A program made the translations under genes and the position numbers. This document shows positions 45,272-54,565 of a stretch of DNA of 64,000 nucleotides, piece after piece. The notes below the pieces were generated by a model that was not told the origin of the DNA, ran no database searches, and worked only from the letters and a program-made list of their open reading frames with translations. Numbering within the stretch: the first letter of the stretch is position 1; each line of letters opens with the position of its first letter. Location: positions 1 through 64,000 of the IMG/VR virus record IMGVR_UViG_3300029288_000054; one strand, 5' to 3'. The stretch is from a virus. Lineage: Duplodnaviria > Heunggongvirae > Uroviricota > Caudoviricetes.

Positions 45272-46237
45272 TTACCGATTACCCTGTCTAAAGGTTTCGT
45301 TCCGACCGCCACCGCTACCACTTGTTGGTCTGCGCTTGGTCGGAGGCTCGACATTACCGAACATCGCTTCGATATTGGAACCTGTTGCATCTGCTAATTT
45401 TAACGCTGCACCAAGACTAGGAACACGCCCACCTTTCTTATTAGTGGCATGTTTATAGCGACTGATTGTAGATGGATGTACGCCGACTTCATCGGCAACT
45501 TCTTCTTGTGTCTTCCCGGCTCTTTCCAAGGCAGATACAACTTCCGGCACGTTCTTATATTTTGATCTAGCCTTCTGTTCTATCTCTTTGTGCCCATAAC
45601 GTCGTGGCGGAGCACCATCGTCTTCTGTAATAGTCCCCTCGATTTTATTCCAGCAACCAAGCAATTTGCTGGTATGGACTTCAAATGCTTTAGGCGCTTT
45701 GCTGAAGTCTGTTTCTTGGACCGTTATATCGGACGTTGGCACAAGCATCGCCTTTTCGTTGGTGATGCTATACAGGACATACTCGCCTTGTGGAATTCCG
45801 ATGCCTTGTGAGACTAATCTGTTAACATTCAGGACGACGCCTTCCGTCAGATATTGCGAGAACTGATTCTTGTCGTCAAAACGGCAGGGAGATGACGTAA
45901 TGCGCATCATCTCCTCTAGAGCCAACTGTGTGTTGTCGTCATTGAATCTGGCATGAGCCGTGACTGGCTCCAAGGCTCGATTCAATTTCTTTTCTAGAGT
46001 TGTTGATAGCATCGCTTTGTCCTCTCGCATGTGGCCCCAGGATAATTCCTTAGGCAGAGTAGATGTCTTTTTGATACTGTGAATTCCTGGGAGACCGGGC
46101 TCATTCACATCACCAAGACCTGTTGGATCTTTCTTCGGTGTGCGATATTCTGGTTCCCACGGAGTCGCCTTCTTAGACTTACGCTTCTTGCCGTCTGGTT
46201 GTCTTACTAGACTTAGCATACGATAGACCGTCTCCAC
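45272..46237 (-). CDS. protein with C-terminal XRE/Cro-type HTH
   Basis: GKTQEEVADEVGVHPSTISRYK...PSLGAALKLADATG. Confidence 0.8.
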   Translation of the reverse strand: METVYRMLSLVRQPDGKKRKSKKATPWEPEYRTPKKDPTGLGDVNEPGLPGIHSIKKTSTLPKELSWGHMREDKAMLSTTLEKKLNRALEPVTAHARFNDDNTQLALEEMMRITSSPCRFDDKNQFSQYLTEGVVLNVNRLVSQGIGIPQGEYVLYSITNEKAMLVPTSDITVQETDFSKAPKAFEVHTSKLLGCWNKIEGTITEDDGAPPRRYGHKEIEQKARSKYKNVPEVVSALERAGKTQEEVADEVGVHPSTISRYKHATNKKGGRVPSLGAALKLADATGSNIEAMFGNVEPPTKRRPTSGSGGGRNETFRQGNR

Positions 46238-46252
46238 ATATAATTTTGACCA

Positions 46253-46633
46253 TTGGTTAAAATCGGATTAACAAATATACGTATGGAACTGTGCCTTGTG
46301 ATACCCACAAATTCATTGGAGACGATGATGAATGGAACCATCGACCTTGTAGTAGTTATTCCCGACGTACTCAAGACATCTAATATAATTACTCGTGAAT
46401 TACAGGTGCTAGCAGATGGTGTACCGGTCGCAACGCTTGATGCTTCTGATAAGGGTCAAGTCGAAATTAATAATTTGCAGGTGTATGATAGCACAACTAT
46501 AACTATAGAAATGCGTGGTATCTATGATACTGGTGCGATGTCGGCACCATTGGTCCATGAATTCATTATTCTTGATGGAATTCCAGAGCCTCGATCAGAA
46601 TTATTTAACACCATAATCTTGAAGAGACCATAA
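46253..46633 (+). CDS. hypothetical beta-rich protein
   Basis: Ig/FN3-like alternating pattern; start uncertain. Confidence 0.5.
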   Translation: MVKIGLTNIRMELCLVIPTNSLETMMNGTIDLVVVIPDVLKTSNIITRELQVLADGVPVATLDASDKGQVEINNLQVYDSTTITIEMRGIYDTGAMSAPLVHEFIILDGIPEPRSELFNTIILKRP

Positions 46634-46634
46634 C

Positions 46635-47048
46635 ATGCGACTAAGTTTACTTACTGAAGGTATAGACGATTTTACTGCTGCTGTAGGTATAGTGCGATGC
46701 CATAACAAATGGCTGTTGGGGCTGTCGAAATCGGAAGACGATAGAGGCGGAAAATGGTGTTTTCCGGGTGGCGGCATCAAGCCAGGTGAGACACCAGAGA
46801 AAGCGGCTGTTAGAGAGACTAGAGAAGAAACTGGCGTAAAATGTCACTATGTCTCTGGTCCTATTAAGGACAAACGCAAGGGTTTCGTCGCTTTTGTACC
46901 TTGCAGCACCAATACTACTGATTTTAAGACACTTAAGCCCAACCACGAATTTGCATCGTTGGGATTCTTCACCATTAAAGAGATGAAGGGCTTGAAGCTA
47001 TACGGCAATGTGCTGGACCTGATAGAAAGAGCTAAACGCCGATACTAG
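46635..47048 (+). CDS. Nudix hydrolase with MRLSLLTE N-terminal extension
   Basis: Nudix box [23 protein letters not shown]. Confidence 0.92.
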   Translation: MRLSLLTEGIDDFTAAVGIVRCHNKWLLGLSKSEDDRGGKWCFPGGGIKPGETPEKAAVRETREETGVKCHYVSGPIKDKRKGFVAFVPCSTNTTDFKTLKPNHEFASLGFFTIKEMKGLKLYGNVLDLIERAKRRY

Positions 47049-47257
47049 TCCCTTGGCGGGAACCACGGCGGTAGTAAGTAATGCCATAGTTTGACTTTGA
47101 AGTACCCTATATGCAAACTCCAATGCCATAATGATGGTTTGATATAACTAGTCCAAGTACCGTTTAGCTTTCTGCCTTCCGATGAGATTATATCAGTTCT
47201 GAAAGCCTCTTCAGGGATTTTGAGCTTGCCGCAGAATTTTTCTTGGTCAGTACTCAT
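47045..47257 (-). CDS. hypothetical protein
   Basis: coupled to upstream gene. Confidence 0.45.
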   Translation of the reverse strand: MSTDQEKFCGKLKIPEEAFRTDIISSEGRKLNGTWTSYIKPSLWHWSLHIGYFKVKLWHYLLPPWFPPRD

Positions 47258-47481
47258 ATTGGGTCGAAGTCCGTGAAATCCCGTTCTTCTTCATATTCTT
47301 CGTCATCGCCGTTTAGCTTATCAACATAAAAGCTGACGTTTTCGCATGTTTCTTTTGTGACCCCTTCACTACTGCCAAATACCAACGAGAAATCTTCACG
47401 TTGATTATGTGCTATTACTGATACTTCAGCTTCTTGGTTATATTGGCGCAATTGTTCTATTAAGTCTTTGAGCTTTCTCAT
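47254..47481 (-). CDS. hypothetical phage protein
   Basis: MRKLKDLIEQLRQYNQEAEV, a common phage ORFan start. Confidence 0.6.
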   Translation of the reverse strand: MRKLKDLIEQLRQYNQEAEVSVIAHNQREDFSLVFGSSEGVTKETCENVSFYVDKLNGDDEEYEEERDFTDFDPI

Positions 47482-48455
47482 AGTATTCTCGATTCCATCG
47501 CTGTTTGATGTAATATGTCTTTATTGATGCCCATTGCTTCGGCTAGGGCATATTCCGTCTGTATAGTGCAATTAAACTGTATTGGGTCGTCTGCACCAAG
47601 AGTAATCTTGCAACCGGACGCCTGCATTTTCTTTGCTGGATGCTTCATCAGCGCTATAGTATGTGTGCAGATATTGCTATGGATGGACATATCGAATACA
47701 ATACCTAGTCGCATAGCTTCTTTCTGCTGGTCCTCTGTGGCATAGATGCCATGGGCTATCCTGTTTATCCCCATCTCATGTATAGCTTTACTTATATTGG
47801 CTGCTGTGCCCGGTCTTTCGCCAACATGAGCACGAATTGTTTTACCTTTTTTCCGCCACGGTTCAAGTGGCTCCATATAATTAGACCAATTAGCGACAGA
47901 CTCATCACCAACAAAGTCGATCCCTACCATGAATCTGTCGAGCGTCTTTATGAGGCCGATAGCCCGCATCTGCAGTTCTATTGGCCAGCCGTAGCTAACA
48001 GATAACAGATAATTGATATCAACACCAATCTCTTGGGCTGCTATGTTGAATATGCTGAAGAAACGATCACCAGCAGCAGACAATTTGCCCGACCTAGCGA
48101 ATTTATTCAGAGATACGGTAAGTGTGGCGTGCTCAATTTGCTCTGCTTTTATATCTGAACAGACTTGATGAGCTACAAGGTTAAGAGCCCAATCATCCCA
48201 CCGGAGCTTATTAAGAATGTCGAACCTAGTGCAGAAATATTCGAAGTCGCCGTCATCACGCATCAGACGTACTTGTTGCTGGACGTCAAAGAGTGAGTCG
48301 GCAACCCCAAATCCATCCGAGTTCCTAATAATCTCCCAAATAGTTTCTGGGCTGATAGAACCTGCTAAGTGACGATGTGACTCTACAAACATTATCGATG
48401 TTTTGGCTAAGGTTAGACATTGTATGTAATTATAAGATACTGCCGATAGTTTCAC
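47478..48455 (-). CDS. add: adenosine/AMP deaminase family protein
   Basis: ESHRHLAGSI, GIDFVGDE, HVGE, RIAHG, SN, GADDP metal-binding motifs; start may be 48392 (MFVESH). Confidence 0.9.
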   Translation of the reverse strand: MKLSAVSYNYIQCLTLAKTSIMFVESHRHLAGSISPETIWEIIRNSDGFGVADSLFDVQQQVRLMRDDGDFEYFCTRFDILNKLRWDDWALNLVAHQVCSDIKAEQIEHATLTVSLNKFARSGKLSAAGDRFFSIFNIAAQEIGVDINYLLSVSYGWPIELQMRAIGLIKTLDRFMVGIDFVGDESVANWSNYMEPLEPWRKKGKTIRAHVGERPGTAANISKAIHEMGINRIAHGIYATEDQQKEAMRLGIVFDMSIHSNICTHTIALMKHPAKKMQASGCKITLGADDPIQFNCTIQTEYALAEAMGINKDILHQTAMESRIL

Positions 48456-48504
48456 CCATAGCGGCCAAATATAATGGGGTGGCTACCTGCCTATCAGATA
48501 GGAA

Positions 48505-50997
48505 ATGATTATGAATATTTTGGAGCGCATCGATTCCGCATTCAATAAAAAACTTATTAACGAAGCTGGCCCTATGAAAGAAAAGGGCCAGCCTGGTGAG
48601 GTCATTGATATGACTGACCAAACAGCTAGAATGTACGGGCTATCAAATTGCAGAGGTCCGAATATTGGCTGGGATGATTATGCTGCTGGAAGAGATTATC
48701 AACCTCCAATGCACTTCGAGGCTGGGTCGAACGTTGAGATAGGCCCGAAAGACACAGGAAAGGATGGGGTACTGGTCCCCGGTGATTATAATGAGGTAAA
48801 ATTCATCGGACCAAATCCGTACAGCGTCAACCATGGTGGTATTAGGCCGTGGTCGAAGGGCGAAATAATAGCCACTCTTATATATGACGGAGACGATGAA
48901 GAAGGAGAGGGTGGACCGAACGGTTTATTGCGTATGCTTGCCAAACAAAAAGGCAGAATAACAAAAGCCTCAGAGGCAATGGCTGGTAAGGAAGAGCGCG
49001 ACGAAAACGATGTCAGAGATTCTGTGATGCTCGGTGCCATGGCGGTTCTGCAGATGTTACCAAAAGACGAGAATCGACCAGGAACAAGATTTACCGCATT
49101 TGTCGGAAATTGGATTGAGCAGGCCATGTTTGCTGGAACTCCTCCTGGATACTCTGACGAATACAGACGAACCAGGGGACTGAGAAGCAGAGTTGAACCG
49201 GCTGTGAAGAACGCTATATTAGCCGCTCGACAGGGCAAACCGATGGATGAAGCGCTTCGTGATGTGCAGGATAAGTTCGACGAATTATATAGATGTCCAG
49301 CTTGTAAGGGGACCGGGACCATAACGGGCTTGAAGAAGGAACCAGTTCTCGACGCCAGCGGGAACGACACAGGTTTTAAAAAGGTTGTCAAGACAAAGAA
49401 TGGAAAAACTATTCCCGAAAACCAGCCATGCGAAAAATGTGGTGGCAAAGGGACTACTAAGCATATAGAAAAAGGCCCCAATCACCCATTTGGTAAGCTA
49501 TTGCCCAAATTAGAAGAGGTAAGAAATTACGTTATTCGTGCTATAACATCTGGGAGCCCAAAAGCTATCGAGGACGCTTATAAGAAAATGGAGACCAAAT
49601 TTGAAGAGATTAAAGAAGAAGGGGAAATATTTTCATCTGGAGGCATTACTACTACAGGCTCTGTTGGCAAGAAAGCCCGTGAACACGGGGCCTTGAATAC
49701 TTATAAGAGAGCATCGAAACTCTTGAATAAGCAGAGGGAGTTAGCCGAGAAAGCGATTAGAGAACTACAAGAAGGTAATGCCGAAGAGTTGGACAAGCTT
49801 GCAAACGAGGCCGGTAGACAGTGGAAAGCCTTCAAAACACCGAAACATAAAAAATGGATTCCAGACCCCAATATCGCTCCAGAAGATCAAAAAGAGCCAG
49901 TATACGTTTCGCCGTACGAAAAACCACAAAAAGCACTGCGTGGCGTTAGGGGTTCGATAGGGTTGGCAGCTATCACTACAGAGCTAATTAGGGCACTACA
50001 GAGCAAAAACGAAGAACAAATAAGAAAATTCATTACCATGAGCCAAGACGAAGAGCGACTGATTCGCGACAGAGAACAGGTGAAGTTACAATCATCAAAA
50101 GCCACTCAACTTGATGTTGGTGGTGGTGACGATGACGATGAGGAAGAGCGGTCTGATTTTGCCGATGTCGGCCAGGCGACTAGTGCAATCACTCAGAAAT
50201 ACCGCGAAATCATCACCATGGCCATGGCAAGACTATCGCCGTATCGTGACGATTCGCTCGAACGCAAGGAGCGTGCTTCGATAGCGAATAAGACGCTGGA
50301 CGGTATTAAATCTGCTATTGACGTCTACTTGAAAACGAAAGCAGGCGGGCAGGATACGTCCAATGCAGTCATGGCTATCGAGAATTTGCCGAAAAATCTG
50401 AATCCAAGCCTCGGCGACGAATGGAAAGAAGAAATCGCCGAAGTATTGCGCAACCTAAATGGTGCCATCGAAATGGGCGATGGCTTTAAAGAGATCAAAC
50501 GCGACATTGCCGATCTACAGAAGGTAGCGAAAGAAGATACAAGACTCGTTGCACCAGAGGGTTCTCTTACTCCACAAGAATACCGAATAGCGCTTCGATT
50601 GTACGGTATTAGTGATTACCCTGAAAAAGGCACACCACAGGACCCAGAAATCGACGAACAAGGAAGGAAGTCGAAGTGGGCTGAAGCTGGATATCCACTA
50701 GTCGGTCAAAAGCAGATAGGTAAAGAACAGAACGTATATCTATGGACCGACGTTTTTGAAACGACTGATGAAAATGGTGATCCGGTTCCGTCAGTGTCTA
50801 GTGCTCGGATCTCAAAAGTGAGAGGCAGCGCTGAATTCAAGATTGGCGATCTTGCCCGTCAATTGAAGCAGCAAATAGGAGAAGAATTCGGATATGATTC
50901 AGTCGACTACCAAATCATATCCGAATTTTACATATCCTATTGCCGCATGATAGTTGAAGAAGCTGTTCCTGGTAGCTTAAAGCTGATCTACGGCTAA
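48505..50997 (+). CDS. very large sigma-70-like protein with inserted DnaJ-type zinc finger
   Basis: region-2-like DVRDSVMLGAMAVLQML...PGTRFTAFVGNWIEQAM; region-4-like LTPQEYRIALRLYGI...VSSARISKV; CPACKGTG and CEKCGGKG. Confidence 0.55.
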   Translation: MIMNILERIDSAFNKKLINEAGPMKEKGQPGEVIDMTDQTARMYGLSNCRGPNIGWDDYAAGRDYQPPMHFEAGSNVEIGPKDTGKDGVLVPGDYNEVKFIGPNPYSVNHGGIRPWSKGEIIATLIYDGDDEEGEGGPNGLLRMLAKQKGRITKASEAMAGKEERDENDVRDSVMLGAMAVLQMLPKDENRPGTRFTAFVGNWIEQAMFAGTPPGYSDEYRRTRGLRSRVEPAVKNAILAARQGKPMDEALRDVQDKFDELYRCPACKGTGTITGLKKEPVLDASGNDTGFKKVVKTKNGKTIPENQPCEKCGGKGTTKHIEKGPNHPFGKLLPKLEEVRNYVIRAITSGSPKAIEDAYKKMETKFEEIKEEGEIFSSGGITTTGSVGKKAREHGALNTYKRASKLLNKQRELAEKAIRELQEGNAEELDKLANEAGRQWKAFKTPKHKKWIPDPNIAPEDQKEPVYVSPYEKPQKALRGVRGSIGLAAITTELIRALQSKNEEQIRKFITMSQDEERLIRDREQVKLQSSKATQLDVGGGDDDDEEERSDFADVGQATSAITQKYREIITMAMARLSPYRDDSLERKERASIANKTLDGIKSAIDVYLKTKAGGQDTSNAVMAIENLPKNLNPSLGDEWKEEIAEVLRNLNGAIEMGDGFKEIKRDIADLQKVAKEDTRLVAPEGSLTPQEYRIALRLYGISDYPEKGTPQDPEIDEQGRKSKWAEAGYPLVGQKQIGKEQNVYLWTDVFETTDENGDPVPSVSSARISKVRGSAEFKIGDLARQLKQQIGEEFGYDSVDYQIISEFYISYCRMIVEEAVPGSLKLIYG

Positions 50998-52118
50998 TTG
51001 CCGACGTTCAACCCAGCCAAGGCACCTTCCTTCTTCACTTGACGCTGCCCGGCCTTTAATATCTGTCTGAACATTACATCATCGACGTAGTTACAGTAGA
51101 TTAGGCCAATTGGCTCAGCTTGCCAGTAGTCAATCGGATTTGGGTCAACCCCGATCTCCTGGTCGATTCTGGCACCTGCCCCGATTTCAAGCATCTTCTG
51201 CTGCGTCATCGGGGCTGGCGTAGTGCGAGGAGCCATCATCGACTGAGCACGAATGATACCGCCACCAGTCTTAAGGCTGCGATGCATGCCGCCTTTTGAG
51301 CAGGAGCAAGAATTGACATGCTGTGTGCTCGCCATATTGAATGAAAGAGACTTGCTTCCATCGCCATAAGGACCATATGCTCCAACTGCACCACACGGTC
51401 CTGTTGGTCCAGATGGCCCACTGACACAGCTATCGTAATCAAGACTGGCCATATCGGCACCATACTCACCAGAGTCAGCCATCGATAATGAACTCATGCC
51501 CCAGTGCGGATTTCCCAAATGAGCAGGTCCTTTGCGTGACTCTTTGCTCAAATAGAAAGCGAATCCGATGGCCCAGACGCGATCATCACCGATCACTTGC
51601 GCTGCAACGCCACGTGTGATGTCTTCGGTGATGATGTATTGTCTGACTTCGCCCTTTTCATTGCGGAAGCCGTCAATCCACAACATTTGGCCGGTTGTTG
51701 TGGAGATATAGTTCTGTGCTGGCCAGGCATAATTACACTCTGGACAAAAACGATCTTGCAGGAATGCGACGTTATGTACTGGACACTTTTCGCGATACTG
51801 TTCCAGGTTAAGTTGTGTCACTTTTTTGCCGGTGACGGGATTGATGCCTTGGACGCTCACTACAATTGCCAAATCGTAGCTGAGTCCCGAGTTCATGGTG
51901 AAGTCGAACCACATACCTCTATTGACGGTAGCTGGGACGAAATACGAACTTGCCTTACCCGACCCGTGCATCCAGTTTTCTGGGCAGGCAGGGAACTCAT
52001 CGACGGGATATGCCTGGACTTTGCAATGCGGCGGTAAAGAGTGCAGCCCGTCACCAGCTAATGCCGGAGGCATATTGATTTCTGCGAATAAGCCGTTAAT
52101 TTCCATTCTTGTGCTCAT
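50994..52118 (-). CDS. conserved uncharacterised protein
   Basis: LPP...FVP....GMWFDF...WIDGF...GEVRQY...GAGARIDQEI pattern; GGAG RBS before ATG 52118. Confidence 0.7.
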   Translation of the reverse strand: MSTRMEINGLFAEINMPPALAGDGLHSLPPHCKVQAYPVDEFPACPENWMHGSGKASSYFVPATVNRGMWFDFTMNSGLSYDLAIVVSVQGINPVTGKKVTQLNLEQYREKCPVHNVAFLQDRFCPECNYAWPAQNYISTTTGQMLWIDGFRNEKGEVRQYIITEDITRGVAAQVIGDDRVWAIGFAFYLSKESRKGPAHLGNPHWGMSSLSMADSGEYGADMASLDYDSCVSGPSGPTGPCGAVGAYGPYGDGSKSLSFNMASTQHVNSCSCSKGGMHRSLKTGGGIIRAQSMMAPRTTPAPMTQQKMLEIGAGARIDQEIGVDPNPIDYWQAEPIGLIYCNYVDDVMFRQILKAGQRQVKKEGALAGLNVGN

Positions 52119-52139
52119 AACGATCTCCGATAGAAGAAG

Positions 52140-52171
52140 GCATGGCGAACCTCCTTTGAGGTTCGCCATGC
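52140..52171 (-). terminator. 14-bp stem-loop after 52181-53056
   Basis: GCATGGCGAACCTC-CTTT-GAGGTTCGCCATGC; CTTCTTCT follows on the minus strand. Confidence 0.7.
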
Positions 52172-52180
52172 AGTTGATGA

Positions 52181-53056
52181 TTAGAGACTACGATTCTTAC
52201 CGAGGTTGAAAGGATTATTACCCTTCTTCTCGGTCACTTTAGCAGAGCCAAGCTTCGCGCGTAGGCTTGGAAGATTCCCAAGTGCTTCGCGTTCTTTATA
52301 TAACTTAGCCGCTTCAATGCAACGCCTGCCGACCGTGCCAGTAGTAGCAAGACCATAGACATCGAGTTCGTGCATCTTGCTCATGTCTATTTCAAGCGTC
52401 TCGGTAACAGCGAGATATAAAGTCTTCTTGGTCTTCCAATCGACCTTATCCCAATCGCATCCGATGGTGGATACACCATTTCGTAGTGCGACACCAGGGA
52501 ATAGAGGATGCTCATTCGCTACCTGATCTGGACGTTCTCCAACAGCGTAGGTTGGTCTAACGTCGCCATCGGGGGTCACGAATGTCGGCATCTCGCCGTG
52601 GTCGTCGAGTTCGCTCAGAAGCTTCAATGAAACTTCCTTGTTGATAGTACCATCGTCATTGAAAACGATGAACTTCTTACCCTCTGAATGGAATTTCAGA
52701 CGCTCGGCAACTGGAGTTTTCAATTGCTTCGGATCATAAACATCGAGCAATTGAGCCGGCGTCATTGCCTTCGCCAGCTTTTCCGGATCATTGTCTTCTA
52801 AAATGACCTTCTGGACGCCCTGCCCCGCTTGTGGTCTGTCTCCACGAAAGAATGCAGCGATTTTGCGTGCTAGGATTCTTGGAGCACCACAATTCTCCAA
52901 ATCCTCCCATGTCGCTTCATCAAGTGCATCCTCTGTTGATCCGCCCATTTCGTCTAGATTACGAAAGAACGTGTCAACATCCACGGGTTTGGTGCTTTGA
53001 GAATTATGCGCCTCAAGAATGGCGCGAGCACCGGCTAGCTTAGAACTTAGTGCCAT
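52181..53056 (-). CDS. hypothetical protein, possible SAM-like N-terminal helical domain
   Basis: LDEATWEDLENCGAPRILARKI; AGGAGG RBS. Confidence 0.7.
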   Translation of the reverse strand: MALSSKLAGARAILEAHNSQSTKPVDVDTFFRNLDEMGGSTEDALDEATWEDLENCGAPRILARKIAAFFRGDRPQAGQGVQKVILEDNDPEKLAKAMTPAQLLDVYDPKQLKTPVAERLKFHSEGKKFIVFNDDGTINKEVSLKLLSELDDHGEMPTFVTPDGDVRPTYAVGERPDQVANEHPLFPGVALRNGVSTIGCDWDKVDWKTKKTLYLAVTETLEIDMSKMHELDVYGLATTGTVGRRCIEAAKLYKEREALGNLPSLRAKLGSAKVTEKKGNNPFNLGKNRSL

Positions 53057-53162
53057 AAGACACCTCCTACGACTACGACTACTACGACGACTACCACACG
53101 GATTTCATCGCCACAAGCGATATCGTATCCGCAACGATAACTTATCTACTGCATGAAATACA

Positions 53163-53399
53163 TCACCAAACGTCTTTGGCGATTTCTTCTACCATTGAAT
53201 CCATACCCATTTCTTTGGCCTCTATTTCTAGAGCAAGTTCTTTCGGTATATAAGCCTTCAGCTCATCGACTATTTCATTTATATCGGTAAGGCTTGCTTC
53301 TACGACGGCATCGTCGCCACCTTCAAGAGCTTCGAGGGCATCATTTACGTGGTGTGATATCAGAATCAAATCGTTCTGTAGAATATCTGCTGGTATCAT
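53163..53399 (-). CDS. hypothetical acidic protein
   Basis: AGGTG RBS. Confidence 0.55.
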   Translation of the reverse strand: MIPADILQNDLILISHHVNDALEALEGGDDAVVEASLTDINEIVDELKAYIPKELALEIEAKEMGMDSMVEEIAKDVW

Positions 53400-53422
53400 A
53401 GCGCACCTATCGATAATCCGTA

Positions 53423-54562
53423 CTAAAATTTGTTGAAGTGCCGCGATAACAGTAGATCTATTGGGATATCGATGGCTGATGTGCCTATTTTTAGAAAACT
53501 AGCATTCCAAAAAGGTGCGCAATATATTATGCCGTTAGGGGCTACGACACCAGTTGTATACTTGTAATTTGCTGCGCCAAGTGCACCAAAGGTGGTTGCG
53601 GTGTCTGTTGTGGTATCTATCCTTAATACGGTCGCACTTATGAAAGGTACGCCATAAATATAACCGTTTGGTGCAAGTGCTCCACCAACCCATTTTCCAG
53701 ATCCTGTTAAGCTACCAAATGTTGTAGCTGTGTCTGTTGTTGGATCGATTTTCAGAACTGTTGTGCTTGTGAAAGGTATCCCGTAAATCATACCATTTAA
53801 CGCTAACACCCCACCCTGCCATTTATCGGCACCAGCTAAGCTACCGAATGTTGTGACTGTATCTGTTGTTGGATCAATCTTTAAAACGACTGTACTCGTA
53901 TACGGTATGCAGTAAATGGACCCGTTTGGAGCAAGGACTCCACCCTGCCATTTTGTTGAGCCAGCTATGCTGCCGAAGGTTGTTACTACATCTGTTGTCG
54001 GATCTATCTTAAGAACGGTTGTACTGCTGTGTGGTATACAGTAAATGGCTCCGCTTGGGGCAATAACACCGCCCATCCATTTATCTGACCCGGCAGCAAG
54101 AGTACCAAAAGTTGTAATAGTATCGGTAGCGGGGTCTACTTTCATGACTTCTGTACTACTACGAGGCATGCCATAAATCATGCCATTGGCGGCTAATACT
54201 CCTCCTTGACACTTTGATGTGCCTGAGATATCACCAAACACAATAGCGGTGTCGTCTATAGGATTAATTTTTAAAACCGTCGTAGAGTCTTTTGGCATAC
54301 AATAGATGCATCCATTTGGAGCCAGAACCGCGCCGACCCATTTCTCTGTTGCCGCCGTTATATTCCCATTTGTAATTGTTGTAGCAACTGTCTGTGTGCA
54401 TGCCATATTAATGGCGGCACGCATAGACCATGCCTGTCTCGTCTGTATCCACGCGAGGCTATTTATGCTCCAAACCGGTGGATCACCATGATTAACAATA
54501 TCATTGCTAGGCAATGTTTGTATTTTGTTATCAGATGATATTAATGGTTTCTGGTACGCCAT
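53423..54562 (-). CDS. beta-propeller repeat protein, paralog 5
   Basis: ~8 repeats of KWxGGVLAPNGxIYxIPxxSTxVLKIDPTTDTxTTFG; C-terminal SRHFNKF. Confidence 0.85.
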   Translation of the reverse strand: MAYQKPLISSDNKIQTLPSNDIVNHGDPPVWSINSLAWIQTRQAWSMRAAINMACTQTVATTITNGNITAATEKWVGAVLAPNGCIYCMPKDSTTVLKINPIDDTAIVFGDISGTSKCQGGVLAANGMIYGMPRSSTEVMKVDPATDTITTFGTLAAGSDKWMGGVIAPSGAIYCIPHSSTTVLKIDPTTDVVTTFGSIAGSTKWQGGVLAPNGSIYCIPYTSTVVLKIDPTTDTVTTFGSLAGADKWQGGVLALNGMIYGIPFTSTTVLKIDPTTDTATTFGSLTGSGKWVGGALAPNGYIYGVPFISATVLRIDTTTDTATTFGALGAANYKYTTGVVAPNGIIYCAPFWNASFLKIGTSAIDIPIDLLLSRHFNKF

Positions 54563-54565
54563 ATC

